Positions 44,576 through 51,666 of a DNA stretch of 56,658 nt are shown piece by piece. How positions within the stretch are numbered: the stretch's first letter is position 1; each line of letters opens with the position of its first letter. The stretch covers positions 1-56,658 of IMG/VR virus record IMGVR_UViG_3300045988_084830. One strand, 5' to 3'. The translations under genes were made by a program, and so were the position numbers. The notes beneath the pieces were generated by a model that was not told the DNA's origin, did not search any database, and worked only from the letters and a program-made list of their open reading frames with translations. Origin of the DNA: a virus.

Positions 44576-45346
44576 ATGGCAAAAATCATAGCTGTCGCCA
44601 ACCAGAAGGGCGGCACAGGAAAAACCACCACAAGCACCTGTCTGGCTGGTGCGTTGCAGTTGCTCGGAAAGAAAGTCCTGCTGGTGGACTGCGATGCCCA
44701 GTGCAACGCAACAGACACCTACGGCGCACAGACAGTGGACGTGTGCACCCTGTTTGATGTGATGACTCGGCAGGGCACTGTCGAAGAAGGAATCCAGCAC
44801 TGTGAAGCTGGCGATATTCTTCCATCTGACCCAGACTTGAAAGATATTGATGAGCAAATGGTAAGGGATATTGGCAAGAACTTTCGGATGCGTGAAGAAC
44901 TGGAGCCGGTATCTAGCCAGTATGATTACATCATTCTTGACACACCACCGCAACTTGGATTGATGCTTGTAAATGCTCTGATCGCAGCCAATAGCGTTAT
45001 TGTGCCGATGACCCCCGACCGCTATTCTGTCGCTGGTTTAAGCCAATTGTCACAGACCTTGAGCGGCGTTCGCAAATATTACAATCAGAATTTGAAGATT
45101 GAAGGCCTGCTCCTGAACCAGTACAAGAGCCGTGAGAACCTGTCCAAAGAGGTTGTGGAGCAGCTTCCTGTGATTGCACAGAGCATGGGAACAACGCTGC
45201 TGGATGTGAAGATTAGACCGTCTATGGGCGTTCGTAAAGCACAGGCAGAGCGGCACAGCCTGTTTAGTAGCGACACGGCAAAGAGTACCAGCGCAGAGGA
45301 TTTCAAGGCGTTGGCAAAGATTATTGTAGAAGGAGAAGAAAAATGA
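44576..45346 (+). CDS. parA: ParA/Soj-type partition ATPase
   Basis: MAKIIAVANQKGGTGKTTT carries the deviant Walker A motif. 256 aa. Confidence 0.9.
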   Translation: MAKIIAVANQKGGTGKTTTSTCLAGALQLLGKKVLLVDCDAQCNATDTYGAQTVDVCTLFDVMTRQGTVEEGIQHCEAGDILPSDPDLKDIDEQMVRDIGKNFRMREELEPVSSQYDYIILDTPPQLGLMLVNALIAANSVIVPMTPDRYSVAGLSQLSQTLSGVRKYYNQNLKIEGLLLNQYKSRENLSKEVVEQLPVIAQSMGTTLLDVKIRPSMGVRKAQAERHSLFSSDTAKSTSAEDFKALAKIIVEGEEK

Positions 45347-45870
45347 GCGGTGGACACTGGGATTATCAAAATGACAGCCTTGCAAATGCTATTTACCAGC
45401 ACTGCTACCCAGATTATGGCCTTGCAGATGAACGGGTAAAAGAGCTTTCGATTATTGCACGAAAAGAAAATCCGCTTGGAGACAAAGATTTGAGTATGCT
45501 TCTGTACGATTTGCTCTGTGTTTTACATAGCTGTGATTGGTACAGAAGTGGCGACATTGATAAAGAGCAGTATAAGAAAGATGTACAGTATTTCAAGGAA
45601 AAATGGTTATGGAGCAAGGAATGGATTAGAGTGAGCGACCACTACCCGGAAATGATGTATGTAAACGGAGAGTTTCAGAGCAACCCCGTTTTCGTTGCTT
45701 CACCGTTGACAGGAACAGATATTGCACAATGTTACTTCTATCCAAAAGACGGTGGAAAACCTATTTGGAAAACAGAATGGTCTGGTAATCTTGGAGTGAC
45801 ACATTGGATGCCGCTACCAGAAGGTCCATCGTTTGACGATTTGGATTTTGAGGAGGTTGATGTAGAATGA
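45343..45870 (+). CDS. Hypothetical protein with a DUF551-like C-terminus
   Basis: The motif ...THWMPLPEGP. Confidence 0.5.
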   Translation: MSGGHWDYQNDSLANAIYQHCYPDYGLADERVKELSIIARKENPLGDKDLSMLLYDLLCVLHSCDWYRSGDIDKEQYKKDVQYFKEKWLWSKEWIRVSDHYPEMMYVNGEFQSNPVFVASPLTGTDIAQCYFYPKDGGKPIWKTEWSGNLGVTHWMPLPEGPSFDDLDFEEVDVE

Positions 45871-46439
45871 AGTCAACCAGCAAAAAAACATCCGGCTTGT
45901 TGGGCGGGTTTGACTTCCAGCCTGTTTTTTCGGAACAGACATTAAGCCGAAGTGAGCCAAAGGAAGAAGAAGTAAGCCAAGCAAAGCCGAACGAAGCCGA
46001 ACAAGCACTGATTAAGCCCAGTGAAGCTACAGACAGCCGTACACAGCCTAATGAAGCACTGTTAAGCAGTATTAAGCCGAAGCAAGCCAAAGACAGCGAA
46101 ACGCAGCCGAACAATGCCGTAGTAAGCGAAAGTAAGCCAAAAAAGCTGAAAAAGGTGAAAGAAGTTCAGCGTCTTATCGAACAAGGCAATGTTCCAGGTG
46201 CACTAGCCGAAGCTGGCTTGACAAAGAAAAAAATCCCGATGCCAGAATCGCATCAGGGCGTTGCAAGTGGTGACGGCAAGCGTTCAAAGCGCATTACCAT
46301 CCTTATGAGTGAGGAAGAGCGCAAGTACATCAACCGTGAAGCCAGACGGCACGGAATGACGATTGGACAGTTCGTGTATGCTCTGTCAGTTGCAGCGGCA
46401 GAGGGGATGATTGAATTGGAGGATTTCTTGGAGGATTGA
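45867..46439 (+). CDS. RHH-type DNA-binding protein with degenerate KP.EA peptide repeats (candidate ParG-like centromere binder)
   Basis: C-terminal KRITILMSEEERKYINREARRHGMTIGQFV is an RHH pattern. The N-terminal half holds tandem (S/I)KP(N/S/K)(E/Q)A repeats. Confidence 0.55.
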   Translation: MKSTSKKTSGLLGGFDFQPVFSEQTLSRSEPKEEEVSQAKPNEAEQALIKPSEATDSRTQPNEALLSSIKPKQAKDSETQPNNAVVSESKPKKLKKVKEVQRLIEQGNVPGALAEAGLTKKKIPMPESHQGVASGDGKRSKRITILMSEEERKYINREARRHGMTIGQFVYALSVAAAEGMIELEDFLED

Positions 46440-46470
46440 CGATAAAAGTTAAGATTTAGGAGGGTTTTAT

Positions 46471-46719
46471 ATGCTGATATTTGAAAAGAATCTGTTTTAT
46501 GACTGCACCAAAAAAGAACTCGAAAAGATTTCGGAGGCCATTAAAAAAGACCAAAGCAATGGAGCGCTCACTTTTGGAATGGAGGCTATGAAAGTTCAGA
46601 TTGAACGAATCCGAGAACATTTTAGTGTTCCGGGAAAAGCATTTGATCGTGTATCTGCTTACAATCTCGCCAAAGAAGAACTGTATGATGAAATCGCGGA
46701 ACGATATTTTCAAATCTGA
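46471..46719 (+). CDS. Hypothetical protein
   Basis: 82-aa ORF preceded by an SD (taggagg). Confidence 0.5.
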   Translation: MLIFEKNLFYDCTKKELEKISEAIKKDQSNGALTFGMEAMKVQIERIREHFSVPGKAFDRVSAYNLAKEELYDEIAERYFQI

Positions 46720-46749
46720 TCAAAGCTAATAAATTTAGGAGGGTTCGTA

Positions 46750-46950
46750 ATGAAAAAAGCGAATGGTAGATATATGCAAACAGAATGTGACCGTTGTGGG
46801 TTCACTGTTCATATAGACGATACAAACAGAGCTCTACTTCATGGATGGGGCTGGAGGAAAGATACAGGTGACCTTTGCCCGGAGTGTTATGCAGAGTATA
46901 AGAAGATGGTGCTTGAATTCAATGCGGAAAAACGTCGCGCCGTCCGATAA
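46750..46950 (+). CDS. CDRCG zinc-ribbon protein (paralog of 27364..27567)
   Basis: It shares CDRCG...WGWRKDTGDLCPECYAEYK with the early-operon copy and is preceded by an SD (taggagg). Confidence 0.6.
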   Translation: MKKANGRYMQTECDRCGFTVHIDDTNRALLHGWGWRKDTGDLCPECYAEYKKMVLEFNAEKRRAVR

Positions 46951-46976
46951 AAGCTGAGATTTAAGGTAATGTAATT

Positions 46977-47129
46977 ATGAACAGCGTACTTATTGATCGG
47001 AAAGTAGCAAAGAAAATCGATTCTATTTTTGAGCATCCGAATGAGATATACTCAGTATATTTAAAGTCTGGTGATGCTGTCTGGCTATATGGTAAAGTTG
47101 AATTATATGAATTTTTGCGTAGCCTATAA
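46977..47129 (+). CDS. Hypothetical 50-aa protein
   Basis: Manual ORF MNSVLIDRKVAKK... with a weak SD. Confidence 0.25.
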   Translation: MNSVLIDRKVAKKIDSIFEHPNEIYSVYLKSGDAVWLYGKVELYEFLRSL

Positions 47130-47140
47130 AAATTAAAACA

Positions 47141-47177
47141 GAAAAACCCCTGTGTAGTTGTAATGACCGCACAGGGG
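47141..47177 (-). terminator. Intrinsic terminator (minus strand)
   Basis: CCCCTGTG...CACAGGGG followed by TTTTTCTGTTTT on the minus strand. Confidence 0.4.
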
Positions 47178-47191
47178 AGAAAGGAAACAAC

Positions 47192-47365
47192 ATGAACAAG
47201 AAACCGATTGATAAAGAAAAGAAATCAAACATCAAATGCGAACATTGCGAATATTGGACAGGGTTATTGTGGGACGAAGCAAGATGTAAACTAAACAGCC
47301 AGCCGAAACAATATTATCAAAGATGCAAAAACTTTTCGTGGAAAGAAACTTTGCTTTATAAATGA
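47192..47365 (+). CDS. Hypothetical 57-aa Cys-containing protein
   Basis: Manual ORF MNKKPIDKEKKSNIKCEHCEYW... preceded by an SD (gggagaaagg). Confidence 0.35.
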   Translation: MNKKPIDKEKKSNIKCEHCEYWTGLLWDEARCKLNSQPKQYYQRCKNFSWKETLLYK

Positions 47366-47366
47366 G

Positions 47367-47410
47367 AAAAACCCCCTGTACGGAATTATAACCGTATAGG
47401 GGGTTGCTTT
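47367..47410. terminator. Bidirectional intrinsic terminator between convergent modules
   Basis: 12-bp stem CCCCCTGTACGG/CCGTATAGGGGG flanked by an A-run and T-rich sequence. Confidence 0.6.
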
Positions 47411-48047
47411 ACTTATCAGCAATGCAATCCCAGTAGAGATATGCCTTGCCATCTGCGGCATCTGCGTCCTCAAGGAACGCCTTTGCCATATCAGCGTAGA
47501 AGCCCGGAGTGTCAACGGACTGACGCTTTGCGACCTGACAATAATCCGAGTACATCATGTTCATAACAGCCCAGAAATCGTTCGGGTCACAGGTGATATT
47601 GCGCTGTTTCGCAACGTCCTGTGTCTGTTCCAACGTCCAGTGACAGCCCTTCGTGCCGTCAGCATTCACCATGCTGTCGCACCATTCCTCAGCTTCATCG
47701 TGGGTGAGGTGCTGGCGTGGCATCTTGATGGAACGGCTATCTGCACCGCCATGCTCATACTGCCCAGCCCGTTTATCCCAGTCGCCGTTCTGCGAGAAGC
47801 CGATTTGCGGCATTCTGCGCCCATTCTCTACGTCAGGATAGCGGGGGATAGGGTAGGGGTCGATGTAGCGGTTCTCCTCCTGCGGATAGTAGGGATAGCG
47901 GTCGTTGCCACCTTCCAGCTTGCGCAGACGGCGTTCCATCTCGCGCTCCCTGCGGTCACGTTCTTCCTCAAGGCGGTCACGTTCCGGCTCACGGTCTTTG
48001 TCGTGGTCACGGAGCATCATCATGCGGCGAAAATTAGTCTTGCCCAT
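47409..48047 (-). CDS. Cargo operon gene 6: hypothetical protein (charged RE/DE and Pro/Tyr-rich N-half, globular Cys-containing C-half)
   Basis: 212 aa with an SD (GAGGAGG). Contains ...RYPYYPQEENRYIDPYPIPRYP... and ...NADGTKGCHWTLEQT...MNMMYSDYCQVAK.... Confidence 0.6.
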   Translation of the reverse strand: MGKTNFRRMMMLRDHDKDREPERDRLEEERDRREREMERRLRKLEGGNDRYPYYPQEENRYIDPYPIPRYPDVENGRRMPQIGFSQNGDWDKRAGQYEHGGADSRSIKMPRQHLTHDEAEEWCDSMVNADGTKGCHWTLEQTQDVAKQRNITCDPNDFWAVMNMMYSDYCQVAKRQSVDTPGFYADMAKAFLEDADAADGKAYLYWDCIADK

Positions 48048-48060
48048 AATCTATACCTCC

Positions 48061-48432
48061 TCAAGAAATGGACGCAGGTGCGCCGGCGTGGGAACGGCAG
48101 AAGCAGCCAAGATACTTGAACGTGCCGGTGCCGGTCGCAGACGTTGCCACGCGGGTAGCGTAGCGGGTGCGGGTGTGGATGCTCTCGGCGGTTGCCTGAG
48201 CGCAGTTGCAGTCGGTCAGAGGGTATGCGGTCGTTCCTGCACCGATGGTGATGACCACAGGGGCGTTGATGGTGGTCGTGTCCGGGATGCTCTGGGCAAC
48301 CACGATGCAATACTTCTCTCCGTTCTGGTATGCGCCAGCAGGGATGTTGATGGTCAGCGTGTCATTGGCGAACGTCACCGCATCCGAGATGACGAGGTGC
48401 GGGCACAGACGGCAGCTTGTTTTGCAAGCCAT
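48061..48432 (-). CDS. Cargo operon gene 5: hypothetical Cys-rich protein
   Basis: 123 aa with 8 Cys, starting MACKTSCRLCPH. Preceded by an SD (AGGAGGAAAA). Confidence 0.6.
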   Translation of the reverse strand: MACKTSCRLCPHLVISDAVTFANDTLTINIPAGAYQNGEKYCIVVAQSIPDTTTINAPVVITIGAGTTAYPLTDCNCAQATAESIHTRTRYATRVATSATGTGTFKYLGCFCRSHAGAPASIS

Positions 48433-48446
48433 AATGTTTTCCTCCT

Positions 48447-48482
48447 AAAAAATCAGGGGCAGAGGTGTCTTACCCCTGCCCC
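48447..48482 (-). terminator. Internal terminator/attenuator hairpin in front of gene 5
   Basis: GGGGCAG...CTGCCCC followed by TGATTTTTT on the minus strand. It overlaps the SD of gene 5. Confidence 0.45.
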
Positions 48483-48517
48483 GATGGTTCACCCGGTGTT
48501 ATCGGGGAGTGTGTTGG

Positions 48518-49387
48518 TTAGCAGCCGCAGCAGTTCACGCCCATGTTGGGGTTTGCCACCTGATAAGCGGGAATCGGACGAGGATTGACCCGGTTCAGGA
48601 TGGTATCAGTCTGCTGGGACATCACGGTGGTCAGAAGCGCATTCTGACGATCCTGAGAAGCCGCGAACTTTAAGCTCTGGTTCTCAGCGGTCAGAGTAGC
48701 AATCTTGTCCTGCGTGAAGTAGTCCATCATGCTGCGGAAGTTGGCGTTGCAGTTGTCCACGATGGCGCGGGCGTTGTCTGCGATAGCCTGACGGGTAGCG
48801 CAGTCCTCCGTTGCGATGGTGTACTTCAGGTCGCCGATGAGCTGTTTGTTCTCGCAGCAGCAAGATGCAAGCTGCGTCTGGATGGCGGTCTGACCCGCCT
48901 GCCGTGCGTTGCCCTCCTGCATGATGGCAAGGCTGATGGCGTTGTCGCCGTTGGACACGCTGCGTTCCAGACCGTTCACCAGCTGTGCGTTCTGGTAGCC
49001 AAGCTGACAGATGGCGCTGTTCACGCCCGCAAAGCCGTTCGCGATGTTGGCGTTGATGCCATTGATCTGCGCCAGCTGGTCATAGCCCAAAGAGCAGATA
49101 CCGCTCTGGATACCCGCCAGAGAGCGGGAGGTATCCTGCTGATAGAAGCCCTCAGACAGAGCCGCGCGGGTGTCGTTACCGCCCTGACCGGATGCGCCAG
49201 TGCCGACCAGATAGGGGATGTAGGCGTTCATGCCATTGTCGCCGCCGTTGCGCCCGTTGCCGTAGTTGCCCCAGCCGAAGATGATGGCAAGGATGATAAC
49301 AGCCCACAGACCTTCGTTGCCGAAGAATCCGCCGTTGTTATTGCCGCCGTCCTGCCCAGCCAGATAGCCAGTTGCAAAATCGTCCAT
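48518..49387 (-). CDS. Cargo operon gene 4: hypothetical protein (MDDF start, Gly/Asn-rich, single TM, CCC motif, ends NCCGC)
   Basis: 289 aa with an SD (aaaggag). TM segment LWAVIILAIIFGW. 11 Cys. Confidence 0.6.
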   Translation of the reverse strand: MDDFATGYLAGQDGGNNNGGFFGNEGLWAVIILAIIFGWGNYGNGRNGGDNGMNAYIPYLVGTGASGQGGNDTRAALSEGFYQQDTSRSLAGIQSGICSLGYDQLAQINGINANIANGFAGVNSAICQLGYQNAQLVNGLERSVSNGDNAISLAIMQEGNARQAGQTAIQTQLASCCCENKQLIGDLKYTIATEDCATRQAIADNARAIVDNCNANFRSMMDYFTQDKIATLTAENQSLKFAASQDRQNALLTTVMSQQTDTILNRVNPRPIPAYQVANPNMGVNCCGC

Positions 49388-49527
49388 AACAAAACTCCTT
49401 TCAGTTTTGCGTTATGCTATCCCACCGCCGTATGCGATGGGCGAAGCCAAACAAATGCGGTTTTTGTCAAGTCCGCAAAACTGAGAAGCGTTTCGCTTAG
49501 AGGGATGCTTATTTTAGGGTTGTTAAG

Positions 49528-49689
49528 TCAGCTTGGAGGGTTGTCCTTTTTATCTTTTGGGTCATCCCAATTTTTGCCGGCAGCACCGAAAATAAAGCCA
49601 AGCATTAAAGGAACCCATATTTTGTCATTGCCGCACAGATTGTTGATGTCAAAATCTTTTTCGGAATGGCTGTTTTCAAAATCATCCAT
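49528..49689 (-). CDS. Cargo operon gene 3: 53-aa TM peptide (MDDF start)
   Basis: Manual ORF MDDFENSHSEKDFDINNLCGNDKIWVPLMLGFIFGAAGKNWDD... preceded by an SD (GAGGAGG). It falls below the ORF-track cutoff. Confidence 0.45.
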   Translation of the reverse strand: MDDFENSHSEKDFDINNLCGNDKIWVPLMLGFIFGAAGKNWDDPKDKKDNPPS

Positions 49690-49701
49690 TGTAAAGCCTC
49701 C

Positions 49702-49953
49702 TCACTTCGGAAGCGTCAAATTCAGGACGCTTGCCAGCTGGTTCAGGTCGATACCACGCTCTTTGGCGAGGTTCTGCGCCATCGTTCGGAGTTGTACTTC
49801 GTTTTTTCCCTGAATCAAGTTCAAGCCCTGCATGATAGGAGCATTCTGCCCGCTCAACTGCTGGATAAGCCCCATCGGGTTTTGTCCGGCACGAGCAAGG
49901 TTTGCAAGCTGCATGATAGGGCTGTGAGTAATCATATCAAACGGAGAGGGCAT
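49702..49953 (-). CDS. Cargo operon gene 2: hypothetical protein
   Basis: 83 aa, with an SD (aaaggaga). Confidence 0.55.
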   Translation of the reverse strand: MPSPFDMITHSPIMQLANLARAGQNPMGLIQQLSGQNAPIMQGLNLIQGKNEVQLRTMAQNLAKERGIDLNQLASVLNLTLPK

Positions 49954-49956
49954 CGC

Positions 49957-50475
49957 TTATTCTCCTTTCTTTGCTGCGGTAGCGGGCTTCGAAAAGCTCT
50001 TCTGCCACTTTTCCAGTTCATCCAGCCGATGCACGAGGGTGTTGTACTGCTCAATAGGCACATATTGCTGTGTCGGTGCAGCGGTCTGCTGTGCCTGCTG
50101 TGCTTGCATCTGTCTCCACGCTTCCGGGCTGTAAAACTCTAACACGTCAGATTCACAAGTATTTGGATTCAGACGTTTGCAGTAGATGACACCACTACGC
50201 AAATCCGGGCAATACGTCCATCTTCCGTACAGATCAGACGGTATCGCCAAAAATTCTTCCCTGCTGGAAACAGGTCTACCAAGCAACCAGCCGCCATCTT
50301 GTGCTGACTGCTGAACAGGCTGCTGCCCATTCATCGGCTGCGGACGCTGCGGTTGTGCCTGCTGCATCTGCGTGTTCGGCAGGGGAGTGGAAAGACCTAC
50401 CGTGCCCATGCTGCCGTAAGGATTGACAGGTTGCTGCGGAACGTAAGGCGCTCCGGGTGTTGGATAATAGCTCAT
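49957..50475 (-). CDS. Cargo operon gene 1: hypothetical protein with a Gln/Pro-rich N-terminus
   Basis: ATG at 50475 follows AGGAGGG. MSYYPTPGAPYVPQQPVNPYG.... 172 aa. Confidence 0.6.
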   Translation of the reverse strand: MSYYPTPGAPYVPQQPVNPYGSMGTVGLSTPLPNTQMQQAQPQRPQPMNGQQPVQQSAQDGGWLLGRPVSSREEFLAIPSDLYGRWTYCPDLRSGVIYCKRLNPNTCESDVLEFYSPEAWRQMQAQQAQQTAAPTQQYVPIEQYNTLVHRLDELEKWQKSFSKPATAAKKGE

Positions 50476-50548
50476 AATACATCCCTCCTGATGTGACCAG
50501 TGTACCGCATCGGCAGAAAACGAAAGACAACGAAGGTACAACGAAGGA

Positions 50549-50592
50549 CAAAAAAAGAAAAGCGCCCACACGGAGAAATCCGCATGAGCGCT
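50549..50592 (-). terminator. Leader terminator T2
   Basis: AGCGCTCA...TGGGCGCT followed by TTTCTTTTTTT on the minus strand, about 75 nt before the start of gene 1. Confidence 0.6.
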
Positions 50593-50678
50593 TAACTGTA
50601 AGGATGCACACATTGGAGTGCAATGCTAAGATATCACATAATCCAATATATGGCAATGCTTTCGACAAAACTAGTGCG

Positions 50679-50714
50679 AATAAAACAAAATCCACCAGCC
50701 TAAAGCTGATGGAT
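50679..50714 (-). terminator. Leader terminator T1
   Basis: ATCCATCAGC-loop-GCTGGTGGAT followed by TTTGTTTTATT on the minus strand. Confidence 0.6.
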
Positions 50715-50912
50715 TATAAGTGAGCGAGTAATCGCCCTGCCACCGAAGTGGCAAAATTGTGTCTCCCGCATGGTACGCACTGTAAGTAGGCGGGCGGGAG
50801 ACTGGTCGGCGCCTATCTGGCAACCGCTTTTTTCATTCCCAGATAAAGCACTGGGCTAGCTGGCAAATATCCACCCTGTTGCGCTTCTTCGAGAGGCCGG
50901 GTGGATTTCGTT
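50679..50912 (-). ncRNA. Structured leader RNA or sRNA of about 230 nt (class unassigned)
   Basis: It is bounded by a TG-extended -10 promoter and terminator T1. It contains several 8-9 bp hairpins, including UGCCAC-UUCG-GUGGCA. No ORF is present. Confidence 0.45.
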
Positions 50913-50918
50913 GGTGTT

Positions 50919-50927
50919 ATTATACCA
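50919..50927 (-). promoter_or_regulatory. Extended -10 promoter TGGTATAAT
   Basis: The minus strand reads tttgTGGTATAATaac, immediately after the upstream terminator. Confidence 0.5.
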
Positions 50928-50936
50928 CAAATCGTG

Positions 50937-50972
50937 CAAAAAGAAAAGCGGCAGACCCGAAAGCCTGCCGCT
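50937..50972 (-). terminator. Intrinsic terminator after the sigma-region-4-like gene
   Basis: AGCGGCAG...CTGCCGCT followed by TTTTCTTTTT on the minus strand. Confidence 0.65.
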
Positions 50973-51016
50973 TCAATGCGTTTCGTGAGAAATCGCACCC
51001 AATTAAGATTATGATA

Positions 51017-51340
51017 TCACACATCCAGCATTTTTTCAATGCTTTTTAGCCGGTATCCTATCGCCGTCCGGCTGTAATGCGTCTGCGCTGCAATGTCCGG
51101 CAGCGGGAGCCGCTCAACGTACCGCAAAAGAGCTATCTTTCGGTCTACCCTCCCAAGCGGTGCGTTTTTGATGGCGGCGGTCATCTGCTGTCGGTCAAGT
51201 CCTTGCAGCGCAGCGGGCAGCACTACACGAGCCGCCGCCACAGGCAGCACCGAGCCAAAAAGGCTGCGGCAGCTGTCCGGCGTTGCGCTTAGATACGCAT
51301 TTTGCCATATTAAGACCGCAAATTTGCAATTTTTTATCAA
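51017..51340 (-). CDS. Sigma-70 region-4-like / DUF1492-like HTH regulator
   Basis: C-terminal RKIALLRYVERLPLPDIAAQTHYSRTAIGYRLKSIEKML. The start codon is uncertain (TTG at 51340, or an internal ATG). Confidence 0.45.
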   Translation of the reverse strand: MIKNCKFAVLIWQNAYLSATPDSCRSLFGSVLPVAAARVVLPAALQGLDRQQMTAAIKNAPLGRVDRKIALLRYVERLPLPDIAAQTHYSRTAIGYRLKSIEKMLDV

Positions 51341-51424
51341 ATTTGAGCCTTAACACCCCGATTTTGTTGGTCTTAACAAAATCGCTCCATGTAGTGCTTG
51401 CCATAGTATAGTCCTTTCTACGGT

Positions 51425-51655
51425 TTAGATTTCAACCTTGCCGTTTTCATCGTACACGTCAAACCACTCTTCGCAGTATTCGTGCACGCGCTCACGCAAA
51501 CTCTTAATGTACCTGAGAGACTTGCAGGTATATACCTTCATACCCTGATACTTTCCATCAAGCCCGGTAAAAGTACCGCGATAAAAGCGCCCCATTCCTT
51601 TGGCTTTATAGATGGAGCGAGGTTCGTCCATTTCTGTGTTTTTGAGATAATACAT
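51425..51655 (-). CDS. Hypothetical protein
   Basis: 76-aa ORF preceded by an SD (aggaggg). Confidence 0.5.
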   Translation of the reverse strand: MYYLKNTEMDEPRSIYKAKGMGRFYRGTFTGLDGKYQGMKVYTCKSLRYIKSLRERVHEYCEEWFDVYDENGKVEI

Positions 51656-51666
51656 CTTGCCCCTCC

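Noticed and set aside
50715-50912. Partial resemblance of the leader to cobalamin (CCAGUGC...AUCUGG, GCCAC-UUCG-GUGGC, CCCGCC) or TPP (AUCUGG...UGCCAG...UAGG) riboswitch cores.
   Set aside because: The matches are fragmentary and out of register, and key boxes are missing (GCCACUG B12 box, CUGAGA). I cannot assign a class without a covariance-model search.
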